Shown: positions 45,498 through 55,382, counted from the stretch's first letter. The stretch is DNA of 64,000 nt from Alkalispirochaeta sp. (GCA_965601925.1 OZ271854.1:4463604-4527603); one strand, 5' to 3'. Numbers and translations: made by a program. Notes: generated from the sequence alone by a model not told the origin.

Positions 45498-46363
45498 CCG
45501 GGCGGCGTGTGACCGTCAAAGAGCGAGATCGGCGTCGGTTGGCGGGGCTCACGATCGCGATAACCGGCAGCAGTGCCGGTATCGGGCGCGAGACGGCGCG
45601 GATGTTACTCGACTGCGGCGCGACGGTCGTCATAAACGGCCGTAACGCTCGTCGCCTCGCGGCGGCGCATGACGAGCTGTCGGACGAGGCATCGATTATG
45701 CGTCTTTCGGCGGTACGGGCGGACGTCGCGACCGAAGAGGGAGCGGCGGCACTCGTCTCTCATACGATCGAGCGGTGGGGCAAACTCGATGCGCTCATCA
45801 ACAACGCCGGCATTTCGATGCGCGGTTCGGTGGCCGATCTGCGTGCTACGGCGCTGGATCGGTTAATCCATGCAAACATTCGCTCAGCGGTCTTGCCCAC
45901 CGTTGCGGCGCTCCCGGAGCTGATCCGTCGTCGTGGACGCGTACTATTCATCTCGACCGTCGCGGCGATTCACGGCTTTCCCGGCGTCTCGTTCTACTCG
46001 GCGACCAAGGGCGCCGTTGAGCCCTTTGCCGACGGACTCGCCGCTGAGGTCGGGCGTGCGGGCGTATCGGTCGGAATCGTCTTTCTCGGTTTTGTGGAAA
46101 ACGACCCGGACAAAACGACGCTCTCCGCGGAGGGAACGCCTTTTCATCACGAGAGAACGGCTACACACAGCCAGGCGGAGGCGGCGTCACATATCGTGCG
46201 CTGTCTCGCCCGCCGTAAACGGCGCCACATCACGATTTTCGCCGGTCGGCTTCTCGATGTAGCCCATCGCATCGCTCCGGCCGCGGTCACCGGTGTGCTC
46301 ACGCGCAGCAGAGGTGCGATCCACGCCGTGGACGCCGAGGACGAGACGACACGCCGAGGATAG
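45494..46363 (+). CDS. Short-chain dehydrogenase/reductase
   Basis: TGSSAGIG, NNAG, STVA, YSATK. Confidence 0.92.
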   Translation: MTGRRVTVKERDRRRLAGLTIAITGSSAGIGRETARMLLDCGATVVINGRNARRLAAAHDELSDEASIMRLSAVRADVATEEGAAALVSHTIERWGKLDALINNAGISMRGSVADLRATALDRLIHANIRSAVLPTVAALPELIRRRGRVLFISTVAAIHGFPGVSFYSATKGAVEPFADGLAAEVGRAGVSVGIVFLGFVENDPDKTTLSAEGTPFHHERTATHSQAEAASHIVRCLARRKRRHITIFAGRLLDVAHRIAPAAVTGVLTRSRGAIHAVDAEDETTRRG

Positions 46364-46367
46364 TGGC

Positions 46368-46973
46368 CTACCGCGTGTCGCGGCCGTATACATCGCGCCA
46401 TTTTCGACGCATACGCAGCATCGACTCTTCGTCGGTGTAGTCGTCGAGACGGCCCATGGGGACCCACGCAACGTCGTGGCTCTCCTCGCTCACTACCGGC
46501 GTCTCGCGGTCCGCCGCGAGAAACGCAAACCGGAGATCGTAATGAAAATGGGCCGGAACCGTCTTGTGGGGCGGAATCTCGTGAATATCGATATCGAAGG
46601 GCGTCGGGAAGAGCGTATCGGAATCTCCGACATCGCGTTCGTTCTCGGTCCACAAGACCAGGTGCCCGATGCCGGACTCCTCCGCGACCTCGCGTCGGGC
46701 GGCACCGACGACATCGCGCTCGCCGTCGGTATGGCCGCCCAGTTGAAGCCATCGCCCCAGCTTGCGATGGTGAGTGAGCAGCACCTCCTCCGACGGCGCG
46801 TGGACGACCCACGCCGAAGCGGTGATATGACCCGGCAGAGACGACCGTTCGAGACAACGCGGCCACGTCGATAGCAGGAGCGAGAAGCGACGCACCACGT
46901 CCTCCTCCGCAGGCCAGCGACGCCGATAGATCGCAAGCGCCCGTTGCAAAGCGCGTCGCTCATCTACCGCCAC
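46368..46973 (-). CDS. NUDIX hydrolase
   Basis: GHITASAWV, WLQLGGHTDG, AARREVAEESG, HFHYDLRF, SEES. Confidence 0.9.
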   Translation of the reverse strand: MAVDERRALQRALAIYRRRWPAEEDVVRRFSLLLSTWPRCLERSSLPGHITASAWVVHAPSEEVLLTHHRKLGRWLQLGGHTDGERDVVGAARREVAEESGIGHLVLWTENERDVGDSDTLFPTPFDIDIHEIPPHKTVPAHFHYDLRFAFLAADRETPVVSEESHDVAWVPMGRLDDYTDEESMLRMRRKWRDVYGRDTR

Positions 46974-47009
46974 GGCACGCTCCGTACTGCGGCGTAGTCA
47001 GATCCATGT

Positions 47010-48038
47010 TCACGAGTCGCTCGAGCGAGCCCACAGGTTGATATCGCTGTCGACCGCGAAACGATCGATCTCCGCGAGCTCCTCGGTGGAGAAGGCGAGG
47101 TCGCCGAGGGCGGCCACGTTCTCCTCGATCTGTCGAGTGCTGCTCGCCCCGATGAGTACCGACGTCACCTCGTCTCGTCGCAGCACCCACGCCAGCGCCA
47201 TCTGCGCGAGCGACTGCCCGCGTCGCCCGGCGATCTCGTTGAGTCCTTCGATACGCCGCAGACGCTCGGCGGTGAGCATATCGCGCTTGAGAGCCGTTCC
47301 CGATCGCGCGGCGCGTGAATCGTCCGGAACTGCTCCGAGATACTTGGAGGACAGCATGCCCTGGGCCAGAGGAGAAAAGGCGATACACCCGATCCCCTTC
47401 TCACCTAACGTGTCGAGGAGCCCGTCCTCTACCCACCGGTTCAACATCGAGTACGATGGTTGGTGAATGAGGCACGGCGTACCAAGCTCAGCGAGAATGG
47501 CCGCGGCCTCACGCGTCTTTTGGGCCGAATAGGATGAGATTCCCGCGTACAACGCCTTTCCCTGCCGTACTGCGGTATCGAGGGCGCCCATCGTCTCTTC
47601 CAGGGGTGTGTCCGGGTCGTAGCGATGGGAGTAAAAGACATCGACGTAGTCGAGTCCCATCCGCCCCAGACTCTGGTCGAGACTGGCGAGAAGGTATTTT
47701 CGGCTGCCCCACTCGCCGTACGGGCCGCTCCACATGTGATAGCCCGCCTTGGTGGAGATGATTAGTTCGTCACGATACGCCCTCAAATCGCCGGCGAGGA
47801 TCCGACCGAAGTTTACCTCCGCGGAGCCGGGCGGAGGCCCGTAGTTGTTGGCGAGATCAAAATGGGTTATACCGAGATCGAAGGCTCGATACACCATGGC
47901 CGTGATCGAATCGAGCGAACGATCGAAGCCGAAATTATGCCACAGGCCCAATGAGACGGCAGGAAGTTTCAACCCGCTCTTTCCGGTACGGCGAAAGACC
48001 ATTCCGCGGTACCGCGAGGAGTCCGCAACGTATGCCAT
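47010..48038 (-). CDS. mgrA: L-glyceraldehyde-3-phosphate reductase (aldo/keto reductase)
   Basis: SGLKLPAVSLGLWHNFG, THFDLANNYGPPPGSAE, STKAGY, HQPSYSM, FSPLAQG. Confidence 0.92.
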   Translation of the reverse strand: MAYVADSSRYRGMVFRRTGKSGLKLPAVSLGLWHNFGFDRSLDSITAMVYRAFDLGITHFDLANNYGPPPGSAEVNFGRILAGDLRAYRDELIISTKAGYHMWSGPYGEWGSRKYLLASLDQSLGRMGLDYVDVFYSHRYDPDTPLEETMGALDTAVRQGKALYAGISSYSAQKTREAAAILAELGTPCLIHQPSYSMLNRWVEDGLLDTLGEKGIGCIAFSPLAQGMLSSKYLGAVPDDSRAARSGTALKRDMLTAERLRRIEGLNEIAGRRGQSLAQMALAWVLRRDEVTSVLIGASSTRQIEENVAALGDLAFSTEELAEIDRFAVDSDINLWARSSDS

Positions 48039-48179
48039 TTTTTGAACGTATGCCCATTTCTCGGTCGGGTCAAGAGGAGCGCATCGGCAGTACGAGAGCC
48101 CCCACTTGCCAAGGAGACGGGTGAGCGTGCATGGTGTGAGACTCATGCAGCGTAACCAGACCACGCTTGAGGATGCGTC

Positions 48180-49136
48180 ATGAAGCAACGTCCCTCCATG
48201 GACCCCCGGCTCGAAAATCACCTCCGAACGATCGCAGGGGACGGCACCGATATCTATCTTCTCGCCGACGGTACGATTCGCTTCATCGCCGTGCACGGTA
48301 CGACGCTGGTCAATCGCATGGCGGCTAACCACCGCCTCGGCCCGACCGGCACGCTCATCCTCGGCCAGGCGTATGTGCTCGCGATCCTTTCGAGCTCCAA
48401 TCTCAAAAACGACGAGCGCATATCGCTGGTCGTGGAATGCGACGGCCCGGTGCGCGGCCTTGCCGCGGAGGCGAACTCGCGGGGGCAGGTGCGGGGATAC
48501 CTCAGAAACAACGAGGTCGATCAGAACGGTGGAATGAGCATGGACGAACTCTTCGGGCCGGGAGCGCTCTCGTTGATTCGCGTAGGGGGCGACGGAAGTC
48601 GGCCGGTTCAAGGACAGACGGAGTGGCGCCCCGGCGATTTGACGCAGAACGTCGCGTGGTACTACGCCGACAGCGAACAGACCGCGACACTCGTCGACGT
48701 AAACATCCACTTTGACGGCGCGCGTGTTGTCGGTGCTGCGGGATTTCTTGCCCAGGCGCTACCGGGCGCACAGGAGTCGATACTCGAGGATATCGGACGC
48801 GCGTTGGAGCCTACTCGCCCGCTGGGAGCGGCGTTTGCCGAGGGTGCGACAACGGCTCAACTGGTACAGGCTCATTTGACGAAATGGAATCCGCAGCTCG
48901 TCGGTACGCGCGACGCGGAGTTCTACTGCGGGTGCAGTCGAGAGCGATTCGGCACCTTTCTCTCGGCGCTCCCGGACGACGAGCGCGAGGATATCCTGAA
49001 AAACGGCCCCTTCCCACTCAAGACGACGTGCCACAACTGCAACACGACCTACGACTTCGAACGACCGGAGATCGAGCGGCTCTTTGCCCCCAGCCCCTCC
49101 GCAGGTCCTCGGAGGACGAAACCCGGCGACGTATAG
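48180..49136 (+). CDS. hslO: Hsp33 redox-regulated chaperone
   Basis: CDGPVRGL..EAN..G.VRGY, AAGFLAQALPGA, FYCGCSRER, TCHNCN. Confidence 0.9.
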   Translation: MKQRPSMDPRLENHLRTIAGDGTDIYLLADGTIRFIAVHGTTLVNRMAANHRLGPTGTLILGQAYVLAILSSSNLKNDERISLVVECDGPVRGLAAEANSRGQVRGYLRNNEVDQNGGMSMDELFGPGALSLIRVGGDGSRPVQGQTEWRPGDLTQNVAWYYADSEQTATLVDVNIHFDGARVVGAAGFLAQALPGAQESILEDIGRALEPTRPLGAAFAEGATTAQLVQAHLTKWNPQLVGTRDAEFYCGCSRERFGTFLSALPDDEREDILKNGPFPLKTTCHNCNTTYDFERPEIERLFAPSPSAGPRRTKPGDV

Positions 49137-49180
49137 TCGACGCCGAGGAGTGCGTCGGAACCCTTCCCGTACCGTGGTCT

Positions 49181-50980
49181 CTATCGTTCGACTTCCACTG
49201 CGCGGCGCCGGAGATCGCGGGACACCGAGGAGCGCGCGATAAGATCGACGGCGCGGGATGCGAGAGCGGGATTCTCAACCGAGACGGCGGACCGTTCGAG
49301 GAAGTCGACCATAGCTGGAGCCAAGGCGTTCCGCTCCCTCGCGGACCCGCCGGCAAATCGCGCGACAACGTGGGGAAATGCACCGAACTCGTCGACGCCG
49401 TAATACGCTATCGCCGTCAACGCCGCAGCCGCGATCGGCGGATCGGGATCGAAACGCGCAGAACGGGTCAGGATCGCCCTACTCGCACGATCGGGCATGG
49501 CGCCGAGGGCGGCAACGGCGCGTAGACGTACGTCCGGCGCGTCGTTGACTGCGGGGCTCCCCTGCATCGGCGAGCCGCGATACACCTCCTCCAGAAGGTC
49601 TGCGAGAATGGATCGATAGTCGACGACGCTACCGTAGAGAGCGTCATCGGAGACCCGACCTTCCAGTCTATCCAACAGCGCGTGTCGATCCGTGATCGAA
49701 GGTCCGTCCAATACCGCCCGGGCCAGGGCGGCCAAGGCACCGGTACCGGGGCTCTCTTGGGTGAATGCAGACGCCGCGGGACCATCCGATACCCCCTCGC
49801 CCGCCGCGTCCGGGAATGATGATCCCTCACCGTACAAGCCGTCCACTGCAAACGCGTGCATGCGCCAGTCGGGAAAGGCGACGATCAACCGTCGGTATTC
49901 CGGGAGCCACCACATGGTCGACGGAGTCGAGCGCAGACGTAGCGTGGCGGCGACATCTCCCCAGTCGTTCACTAAGAGTAGACGATTATCGGCATCGACG
50001 AGCGCATGGCCTCGGCCGCCGTCAACCGGCTCGATCATGACGATTGGGGACCGCGGCTCGAGCGCCCATAGGGCTGAGTCGGAACGTCCCATAAGACGCA
50101 CCGATCCGTCCTGCATCGCCACGGCGATCGGCAGCGTCGTGCCGGAGATGCTCCTTCTCGCGCTTTGGCCCCCGGCGGCCATATCGAGGCTCCACAGCAC
50201 CCGGGGACGCTCGTTAAGCGCGACGAGAGAGAGGCGTCGCGCCTCGTCCTCGATGAGAAGCTCCTCGGCGTCACCTCCCCCGGCGACCGTAATATCGACG
50301 ATCGATAGCGGCCACTGCACCACGGGGCGCCCTTCACCGCCGCCGTCGAACCGAAACACGCGTCCGTCCGACAATGCGGCGTACACCGCCTCACCGTCGC
50401 CGGCAACCGCCGTAACGCGACCGGGAAGAGCGCGCCGCCAGAGAGTCGTCCCCGCGGTGCTTCCATGGACGACGAGCCCGGAATCGGCAAATGAGTAAAG
50501 ATTCCCCTCTCCGTCGAGGGAGACGAACCGTGCGTCTCCGGCGATTCCGCGCCCCCGCCCCCCGGGGACGCCGATCGTGCGAATCGTATGCCCGGTAGCG
50601 CGCACGCGGACGATCGCAGCGTCGCCTACCGCGGCGCCGCTTCGGTCGTCTTCGCCGTAGACGCCGGAGACCAGCAGAAAGACGCCGGGACGTTCGCGCA
50701 GGAACCGAAGGGGCCGACGTATACCCGTAGCGGCGACAGAGACCGTCTCGCCGGTGCGATCGACGAGACGCACGCGTCGATCCTCGGTTGCGATGAGCAT
50801 AAACGCGCCTTCCGAGGTGAGCACATCCAAGGGCGGCGCCGCGAGGGCGCCCGCGGTAACGGAGCTCCACGCGAGTCGCAAGCTCCCCGACGATCGAGGC
50901 GCATCGGCGACAACGGGAACGGACGGGCTGAGAATCACCGCAGCGACGGCGAAGAGCGCCCGGACGGCGCGCGCCTTCAC
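49181..50980 (-). CDS. Exported protein: PQQ/BamB-like beta-propeller + C-terminal HEAT repeats
   Basis: Signal peptide, repeated W-containing blades (LAWS, TLWRR, VLWSL, ALWAL), DVRLRAVAALGAM. GTG start overlaps the upstream stop. Confidence 0.62.
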   Translation of the reverse strand: MKARAVRALFAVAAVILSPSVPVVADAPRSSGSLRLAWSSVTAGALAAPPLDVLTSEGAFMLIATEDRRVRLVDRTGETVSVAATGIRRPLRFLRERPGVFLLVSGVYGEDDRSGAAVGDAAIVRVRATGHTIRTIGVPGGRGRGIAGDARFVSLDGEGNLYSFADSGLVVHGSTAGTTLWRRALPGRVTAVAGDGEAVYAALSDGRVFRFDGGGEGRPVVQWPLSIVDITVAGGGDAEELLIEDEARRLSLVALNERPRVLWSLDMAAGGQSARRSISGTTLPIAVAMQDGSVRLMGRSDSALWALEPRSPIVMIEPVDGGRGHALVDADNRLLLVNDWGDVAATLRLRSTPSTMWWLPEYRRLIVAFPDWRMHAFAVDGLYGEGSSFPDAAGEGVSDGPAASAFTQESPGTGALAALARAVLDGPSITDRHALLDRLEGRVSDDALYGSVVDYRSILADLLEEVYRGSPMQGSPAVNDAPDVRLRAVAALGAMPDRASRAILTRSARFDPDPPIAAAALTAIAYYGVDEFGAFPHVVARFAGGSARERNALAPAMVDFLERSAVSVENPALASRAVDLIARSSVSRDLRRRAVEVER

Positions 50981-52182
50981 GGTGCCGTCCCCGCGGATGC
51001 AGGGACGGGATCGAGCACGGCAACACATTCGATGTGCGCGGTCTGCGGATAGAAATCGAAGATCGAGAGCGCGGCAAGACGAAACGACGGGGCGAGCTCC
51101 CCCAGGTCGCGCGCCAACGCCGCTGCGTCGCAGCTCACGTATACTACGCGCGGCGCCCCGGTCACCCCCAACGCGTCGACAAGGACGCCGCCGAGCCACG
51201 CACGGACCGCCGGCCCGAGGCCCCGGCGCGGCGGATCGAGGAGGATCGTCCCACCCTCGGCGAGAGTCGTCATGAGCCGTGCATCGCCCAAGGCCGACTC
51301 GGCGGTCGCATTGATCACGCGCACCGTGAGGCGGCCGTTGCCCGCGAGATTATCGTGAATGAATGCGGCGTTGCGTGCGTCAGGCTCGACACACACGACC
51401 TCGGTAGTCTCGTCGTCCACCGAAAGGGCGGCGAGAAGCCCCGCTCCGGCGTATAAATCGACGAGCGTCCGGCCGCGTCGCTCCCGTCGCAACGTGCGGG
51501 CAAGCTCCGGCAAAAGCGCGTGGTTCGCCTGGGCAAACCCGCCGGGATCGAATCGAATCGCAACGGTATCCACCACGACCGATGCGGTACGGTCACGGTC
51601 GTCGAGAGCGAGTCCCGAAGCGCCGTCGACGATGGTCGTCCGCTCACCGCGCGGCGGCGTCGGGTCGTCGGCACCGTCCGCCCATTTACGGAGGAGTCGA
51701 TTGATCGGAGGGGTCGCAACGGGACATTCCGGCACCGGTACCAGCGAGCGAGAACCTCGGCGACGAAATCCCAACACGCCGCGCTCGTCCCGGTGTACCT
51801 GCACCCGATTACGATATCCGTACTCATCGCCGTACACGACCTCGATGGCGAACGGGTCTATCGAAAGACCGCCGATGCGTCGAAGATTCTCGGCGACAAT
51901 GCGTCGTTTCCACTCGATCTGGGCCTCATAGGAGAGGTGTTGCCAATCACAGCCACCGCACGTTCCGAAGAGACTGCAGGTCGGCCCGCGACGGTGGGAT
52001 GAGGCTTCCAACACCTCGGCCAGAGACGCAACGAGCCGACCCTTTCGTCGTCCTCCGATCCGCACGCGAACGAGCTCTCCGGGGAGTGCACCGTGGAGGA
52101 AGGCTACGCCGTCATTGAGACGAACGAGCGCCTCGCCGCCGTTGACCAGTTTTTCGACGCGTGCGATTTCCTCCTTCGGCAT
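50977..52182 (-). CDS. TRAM-domain RNA m5U methyltransferase (RlmD/TrmA family)
   Basis: GALPGE, CSLFGTCGGCDWQH Fe-S motif, YRNR, FAQAN, DLYAGAG, LDPPRRG, VSCD, YPQTAHIE. Confidence 0.9.
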   Translation of the reverse strand: MPKEEIARVEKLVNGGEALVRLNDGVAFLHGALPGELVRVRIGGRRKGRLVASLAEVLEASSHRRGPTCSLFGTCGGCDWQHLSYEAQIEWKRRIVAENLRRIGGLSIDPFAIEVVYGDEYGYRNRVQVHRDERGVLGFRRRGSRSLVPVPECPVATPPINRLLRKWADGADDPTPPRGERTTIVDGASGLALDDRDRTASVVVDTVAIRFDPGGFAQANHALLPELARTLRRERRGRTLVDLYAGAGLLAALSVDDETTEVVCVEPDARNAAFIHDNLAGNGRLTVRVINATAESALGDARLMTTLAEGGTILLDPPRRGLGPAVRAWLGGVLVDALGVTGAPRVVYVSCDAAALARDLGELAPSFRLAALSIFDFYPQTAHIECVAVLDPVPASAGTAP

Positions 52183-52315
52183 CTCAACTCCTGATTCGTT
52201 CGGATATTTCGTAGGTATCGATACAATGGTGAGGTTTGGCGGGGTGCATCACTATTAATTTGCGCGATGCCAAGATATACTCATATCCTCAAAGATCGCT
52301 TAGAGGAAATAGTAC

Positions 52316-52966
52316 ATGAAGCCTATGAAGCTCGCAAGCCTACCGACGATCAAACGCTTACCCTCGTACTTACACGTGGTGGAAGCGGCGGCACGGGAGG
52401 GGAAACAGTACATATCGGGCACGGTAATTGCCGAAGAGTTGGAACTCGAGGCGATTCAGGTGCGAAAAGACCTCGCGGTGACCGGGATCATCGGGAAACC
52501 GCGTATCGGATTTCCCGTCGGCGAGCTCATTCAGGCAATCAACTCCTTTCTCGACTGGCACCGAGCTCACAACGCCGTCATCGTCGGGGCCGGACACTTG
52601 GGTTCGGCGTTAATGGGATACACCGAGTTCCCCCGCCACGGTCTGCACATCGTGACCGCGTTCGATCCCGATCCGAAGAAGATCGGCACGACGATAAACG
52701 GCGTTCCCATCTTCAGCCTCGACGAGTTACCGGAAGAGGTCCGTCGGCGCGGCATCGATCTGGCGATATTGACCGTACCGTCACCACACGCCCAGGCGGT
52801 AGCGGATCTCCTGGTGAAATGCGGAGTGCGCGCCATATGGAACTTCACCAACGTGAAGATCAAAGTTCCCGATGAGGTGGTGGTACAAAAAGAAGATCTC
52901 TCGTCGGGATATGCGGTACTCTCGGTCAAGATGCGCGTACGCCAGGCCGACGCGGACACCGCCTGA
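52316..52966 (+). CDS. rex: Redox-sensing transcriptional repressor Rex
   Basis: PTIKRLPSY, QVRKDL, VGAGHLGSAL, AFD, AILTVP, IWNFT. Confidence 0.95.
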   Translation: MKPMKLASLPTIKRLPSYLHVVEAAAREGKQYISGTVIAEELELEAIQVRKDLAVTGIIGKPRIGFPVGELIQAINSFLDWHRAHNAVIVGAGHLGSALMGYTEFPRHGLHIVTAFDPDPKKIGTTINGVPIFSLDELPEEVRRRGIDLAILTVPSPHAQAVADLLVKCGVRAIWNFTNVKIKVPDEVVVQKEDLSSGYAVLSVKMRVRQADADTA

Positions 52967-53019
52967 GTAGCCGCACGGCGGACACGATCCGCACACTCCA
53001 ACGCCTCCGGAGAGCTCCC

Positions 53020-54066
53020 ATGTCCGACGTTTCGAAGAAGACCGAAGAGCAACAGACGTTCTTCGCCAATAGACTCAAAAAGCGATACAGACACCTCTGG
53101 AAATACGCGAAACGCATCGGGACGAACGCCTTTCGCGTCTACCATCGCGACATTCCCGAGGTTCCTCTCGCGGTAGATTGGTACGACGGCCATCTGCATA
53201 TCGCCGAGTTCGTACGCCCCCACGACAGGACTCCTGAGGAGCACGAGCGGTGGCTCGAGATCATGCTCGATACCGCATCCCGAACGCTCACCGTTCCAAG
53301 AGAGAGAGTGTTCTTTAAACGCCGGGAGCGCCAACGCGGTACCAACCAGTACGAACAGGTCTCTACTCGGCGCTACACGATCACCGTTGAGGAGCACGGA
53401 CTCCTGTTCAAAGTGAATCTGTCGGACTATCTCGACACGGGACTCTTTCTGGACCACCGCGATTTGCGTCTCCACGTTGCGAAACGCTGCCACGCAAAAC
53501 GAGTACTTAACCTCTTCGCCTACACCGGTAGTTTTACCGTGTACGCGGCGGCCGCAGGGGCGCGATCGACGACGACCGTCGACCTCTCCAACACGTACAT
53601 CGAATGGGCACGCGAAAATTTGGCACTTAACGCGTTAACCTCGTCCCAGCACGAGTTCCGTCGCGCCGACGTACTCAAAGAGGTCGAAACCCTCCGCCGC
53701 GAGCGTCGCACGTTTGACGTGATCGTTCTCGATCCGCCGAGCTTCTCCAACTCCAAAAACATGGACCGAACCTTCGACGTCCAGCGCGATCACGTGGCGC
53801 TCATCCATGCGTGCCTCGGTCTCCTCGCTCCCGGGGGCGAACTGTTCTTCTCGACCAACAAAAAACGCTTCCAATTCGGACGGCAGGAGATCACCGCACC
53901 ACGCGAGTCGCAACGAGACGGTCGCAACGGCTCCCCGCGGGGAAAGGGCATACCGGGGCGCGGCTCATCGGCAGTTGAGATCCGGAAGCTTACGAAGCTC
54001 ACGATGCCTGAGGACTTCAAGGAGACCGGAATCCACTCTGTCTGGAGTATCATCGCAAAAAAATGA
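53020..54066 (+). CDS. Class I SAM methyltransferase, RlmK/RlmI-like (stand-alone C-terminal half of RlmKL)
   Basis: FANRLKK, FRVYHRDIPE, RERQRG.NQY, NLSDYLDTGLFLDHR, LNLFAYTG, LDPPSFSNSK, FSTN. Confidence 0.88.
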   Translation: MSDVSKKTEEQQTFFANRLKKRYRHLWKYAKRIGTNAFRVYHRDIPEVPLAVDWYDGHLHIAEFVRPHDRTPEEHERWLEIMLDTASRTLTVPRERVFFKRRERQRGTNQYEQVSTRRYTITVEEHGLLFKVNLSDYLDTGLFLDHRDLRLHVAKRCHAKRVLNLFAYTGSFTVYAAAAGARSTTTVDLSNTYIEWARENLALNALTSSQHEFRRADVLKEVETLRRERRTFDVIVLDPPSFSNSKNMDRTFDVQRDHVALIHACLGLLAPGGELFFSTNKKRFQFGRQEITAPRESQRDGRNGSPRGKGIPGRGSSAVEIRKLTKLTMPEDFKETGIHSVWSIIAKK

Positions 54067-54134
54067 GGGAGCCCTTGCAGGCTCCCCCATTATCCTTCTC
54101 CTGTGCTTCGGTGTATCGGATCGACCGATACACC
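54067..54134. terminator. Two hairpins between convergent genes
   Basis: GGGAGCC-CTTGCA-GGCTCCC (54067-54086) and GGTGTATCGG-ATCGA-CCGATACACC (54110-54134). Confidence 0.55.
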
Positions 54135-54147
54135 ATTGTATGAATCG

Positions 54148-55239
54148 TTACCAGACGATACCGACGTTCAATCCCACCATCACGCTGTTACCGTCGGAAT
54201 CGAAGTAATACATGAACGGCACGTCGACCTTGAGAGGCCCGAGGTTAAGGCCGACGCCTGCGGTCAGGCGCGGACGCACAAAGTCGGGACCGTCGCCGTC
54301 GGTGCCGGCGGTCACGTTGGCCGATCCGTCGGTCACCTCGTACTGCGACGGCGCTCCTTCGAGGATCACGGGGCTCTCAAGCTCCAAGTCAACCTCCGAA
54401 TCGCCGAACGCCACATCGATACCGGCGCCGAAGTTGACGTCGAAGAGCCACAGAATGCGGAGTCCCGTCGTTACTTCAAGGGGAATCACGACTGAGTTGG
54501 AACCGATGGTCGCGGTGATCGTGGGTTCCATCGTAAGCTCCGCGCTCCCGAACGGAGAAAAGTCGACGGGTTCCGAAACTTGACCAAACCCCAATTCGTA
54601 TATCAACTCGTTACGTTGATATATCAAGCCGGACCCCACGGAGAGACCGCGCCAGCGGAGAAATCCCAAGGGCAAGGAACGCGTCTCCAACAACTGATAG
54701 TTTACGAGCGCACCGACGCTGAAGGCGTTGTACTCGAACTCCTGAAAGAACCCTTCCGACTCAAACCAACTCAGCTTAAAGTTGACGTACAGATCCTCGG
54801 AGATGAAACCGAGGGGAAATCCGATTCCGATGACCGGGAAAAAGGCCGCGCCGGCGTAGAGATCGCCGTCCTCTTCCAGCCGCTGCGTCGACTCCTCTAT
54901 GACCGACGGATCGGACCCAGGGAGCGAGACGGCCGTGCCGAGCCCCGCCACCAGTGCGAATCTCCGGTAATCGATAAAGGCGCGTTGCGTACCGATATGG
55001 GTGGCGGTAGCGCCGGAGTTGGCTATACCTTGCGCGAGAAGGGGCTGGTCAAAGAACTGGTCGATCTCACCCGTGAGCGCGGCCTCGAAATCACCTGTCG
55101 CGGCGAGAATCCGCTGATTTATGTCATCTTGGTTCGGGCCCGAGACGGAAGGCGGCGTGATACTCACCTGCCCCCAAGCCGCAGCGACGCCGACCACCAA
55201 CAATAGCAACACAATTGACGATCTTTTTAACTGTGTCAT
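54148..55239 (-). CDS. Exported/outer-membrane protein, probable beta-barrel (possibly Lsa36-like)
   Basis: Signal peptide, many alternating amphipathic strands, C-terminal VMVGLNVGIVW. GGAGG RBS. Confidence 0.65.
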   Translation of the reverse strand: MTQLKRSSIVLLLLVVGVAAAWGQVSITPPSVSGPNQDDINQRILAATGDFEAALTGEIDQFFDQPLLAQGIANSGATATHIGTQRAFIDYRRFALVAGLGTAVSLPGSDPSVIEESTQRLEEDGDLYAGAAFFPVIGIGFPLGFISEDLYVNFKLSWFESEGFFQEFEYNAFSVGALVNYQLLETRSLPLGFLRWRGLSVGSGLIYQRNELIYELGFGQVSEPVDFSPFGSAELTMEPTITATIGSNSVVIPLEVTTGLRILWLFDVNFGAGIDVAFGDSEVDLELESPVILEGAPSQYEVTDGSANVTAGTDGDGPDFVRPRLTAGVGLNLGPLKVDVPFMYYFDSDGNSVMVGLNVGIVW

Positions 55240-55382
55240 ATCCGTTCCTCCGAATGTGCGTGGTGAACGGAATCGTGCGTGATCGGCACGCACGACCGTT
55301 CGTGGTCAAAGTATAGCACCCGCAGTGCGACGATTTCCAACGATGTGTCGACTTTGCGCACCCTCGGACGCGCGATATCCGT

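Noticed and set aside
48039-48710. N-terminal extension of the aldo/keto reductase ORF (566 aa in the track)
   Set aside because: It overlaps hslO on the other strand. Family similarity starts at MAYVAD (48038), which has its own -10.
50981-51199. N-terminal extension of the propeller/HEAT ORF
   Set aside because: It overlaps the methyltransferase CDS. The signal peptide begins at GTG 50980.
52183-52315. Rex operator upstream of rex
   Set aside because: No convincing TTGTGAAN4TTCACAA-like palindrome is visible.
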